From the NCBI RefSeq assembly GCF_009914755.1, contig NC_060947.1: a stretch of 64,000 bases of DNA. One strand, given 5' to 3'. Under the pieces are notes generated by a model. The model saw only the letters and a list, made by a program, of their open reading frames with translations. It ran no database searches and was not told the DNA's origin. The position numbers and the translations under genes are program-made. Source of the stretch: the human T2T-CHM13v2.0 reference genome, Homo sapiens. This document shows positions 61,406-64,000 of this stretch, piece after piece (position 1 is the first letter of the stretch; the number at the start of each line of letters is the position of its first letter).

Positions 61406-62193
61406 GGGGGTGAAGGGTTTAAAGATACAGAACTTGGAGAAATTCAAGAGCTAATAGACACCACACCAGAGGAATTAACAAAAGATAACTTCATGGAGAT
61501 GAGTGCTTCTGAACCAGTAGCCAGACAATGAGGAAGATGTAGGAGAAGCCATTCCAGAAAACAAATTGACATTAGACAATCCTGCAGAAGGGTTCTAATT
61601 GTTCAAGAGTATTTATGACTTCTTTTATGACACAGACCCTTCTATGATATGGGCACTGAAACTACAGCAAATTGTGGAAGGACTGGCATCGTATAGAAAC
61701 ATTGTTAGAGAAATGATAAAGCAAAAGAGAAAGAAATAAGTGTACAATATTTCCATAACGTTACACTGAGTGTGCCTGCCTGTCCTGCTTCCCCTTCCAT
61801 CTCCTCCACCTCTTCCGCCTCTGCCACTTCGGAGACAGCAAGACCAACCTCTCTTTGTCCTCTTCCTCATTAACCTACTCAACATGAAGATGACAAGGAT
61901 GAAGACCTTTATGATGATCCACTTCCACTTAATGAATAGTAAATGCTGTATATTTTCTCTTCCTTAGGATTTTCTTAATGACATTTTCTTTTATCCAGCT
62001 TACTTTATTATAATACAGTACATAATACACATAACATACAAATTATGTGTTAACTGACTGTTTATCAGTAAGGCTTCCAGTCAACAGTAGGCTATTAGTA
62101 GTTATGTTTGCGGGGAATCAAAAGTTATATGCAAATTTTTGACAGCTCGGGGGTTCAGCACCCCTGAACCCTGAGATGTCCAAGAGTCAACTG
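59484..62193 (+). mobile_element. Near full-length Tigger2 (Tc1/mariner-pogo) DNA transposon
   Basis: TIRs cagttgactcttg / caagagtcaactg; 2710 bp; TA on the right (CA on the left); pogo-like transposase inside. Confidence 0.92.
60075..61939 (+). pseudogene. Tigger2 transposase (CENP-B/pogo-like HTH + DDE), disrupted
   Basis: SKEWFDSFRKRFG, QVFNGDKSVLFWKK, GVKRTFKAHY; multiple stops and frameshifts. Confidence 0.88.
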
Positions 62194-64000
62194 TATTTAC
62201 ATGTTTTTATTAGTTTTTAACTGTATTACTCTCTAAAACTGTGTCGTTAGTGTTTACCTGAAGAATGTATTTTTAATACAGTCGTTTTAATTTTTTTCAT
62301 AAAATTGGTTGCAATTTTCTTTAAAGTTGCATTTTTGTGGTTGTTGGTTTGAAACTATTGATACATCAAACAGCTATCTCTAGACCATAATATTTTTAAT
62401 TGAGAATTTACTCTCATTATAGATTCTGAGTAAATTCTGCTAAATGGGGAATGTTCTCATTTCTATTTTTGTGGATATTCAAATGTATAAGAATTTAAGC
62501 CCAAATAATTTTTATAGGTACTGTCATTTTGTTTCCAGGTATCTTTCTTCAACAAGCACTTTTATAAGACAAAACTCAACCAAAAATTGTCTCTCTTTTA
62601 GGATTCTTTTGAATGTGTCACCAAATTTAGATGTTGCAAAATTGTAGGCTTTATCAATTTAAATCCATCTAGTGAAAAATATATGAATTTATCCAATTAA
62701 TAATGTGAGTGCCATCCCAAGGTTCTTCTCACAAGTCAAGACATCCCATAACACAATAATAGAATGTCAAATTAAACCATGTATATGATCTAAGTTCTTA
62801 TCATTTATTTTGTTTGGCTTTTCTCTTGTGCTTGTACCAACATGTTTTAATGACTTCCATCCGCAGACCTTATTTTAATTATTACGTTTGATTAAAATCT
62901 TAAATATTTTGGTTTTCCATTTGTTGAATACCTTGATTAAAGATGTTCAATAGATTTGGGGAGAAAAAACGCAACCAAAATTTAGATGATTCTTTGTACA
63001 CACACAAAAATCTTATTCTGTTGGAAGGCTCAAAAGGTCAAACATTTCTACAATCTGATAGATGAGAGTAGCAAAGAAAGAATGCATGCACTGCCATGCT
63101 GACAAATTCTTTTTGCATCCAACATTGTTTTTGTCATAAAAAAATATTGTAGTTTAGTTACTTTGAGTATATATAAAAACATGTTGAAATTTGGCAGCTA
63201 CAGCTTCTGTTTTGATTGACAAAATATTCCTGCTTGTTTGAAAACAATCATGAATAACGTATGCAGCAAACCAATTTCAAAAACATATCTTCTCCACACA
63301 TTTCTTGATGAAATAATGCCATTGTTTGTACCACATCACTGTCCTCCGTGAAATATATGTAATACGTATGTAAAATATGTGTGAAATACATACACATTCA
63401 CATAAAACCAAATAATTTTATCTTCCGTGTTGAACTTTATAACTAAATTTGTAATTGCATTCATGTCAGGTATTTCACTTTTAGCAGAATGAATGTCCAA
63501 AGCTTTGCTTTGATTTCATGAAATGGATGAAAAATAAAATCATGGTTTGTATTTATTGCTTTTCCATTTGAAACATCTGAAATCTTTTGATATAGGTCTG
63601 GCATCACTTAACTGTCTGTGAAATTATCTTCTGCTAATTGACCTAACATATTAACTGCAATGTTATGTGCGCCAGAACATTTAGAATTGAAAATGAGCAA
63701 ATGAAGAGTAGTTATTTGGTCAAAATGAATAGCCTGGCTACACTGAGTACTAGGTCTTGATACCTTTGGTAGCTGTTCGGGTTACATTGTTATCTTCAAC
63801 TACGGACTTTTAAAAATAACAACTCACTTCTGAAGTAGATGCAGATACTTCTTTAGTAGATTTAGTCGTCTGGTTGATATGATAATCTAATTATAATTTA
63901 CATATGAAGATATAATTATAACCTAATTCTAATTTATAACCTAAATATGATTATTATTTCATTAAACTATTTGATTAAGTAATAATCAAATATGACTATT

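Noticed and set aside
60162-61454. Domesticated TIGD/JRK/CENPB-like gene
   Set aside because: Lies between Tigger2 TIRs and has many stops and frameshifts.

Overview
Primate (most likely human) non-coding DNA, intergenic or deep intronic, AT-rich and dominated by transposable elements. I found no host exon, RNA gene, CpG island or intact protein-coding gene. All long ORFs in the track come from repeats. Main content: a full-length but inactivated L1PA4-type LINE-1 (9606-15760); a near-full-length Tigger2 DNA transposon (59484-62193) nested inside a decayed hAT/BLACKJACK-type transposase fossil; an ancient CR1/L3 reverse-transcriptase fossil split by later insertions; and many Alu, L1, L2, MIR, MaLR/ERV LTR and MITE copies, many with readable target-site duplications (TSDs). 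The least explained sequences are a ~480-bp GC-rich, polyadenylated, retrocopy-like insert inside an L1MB (29707-30190, source not identified), a ~67-bp TSD-flanked micro-retrocopy (58361-58427), and several templated-insertion or hairpin scars. I see no convincing evidence of a new biological system. Repeat subfamily names come from recalled consensus motifs, not database searches, and the boundaries of old elements are approximate.
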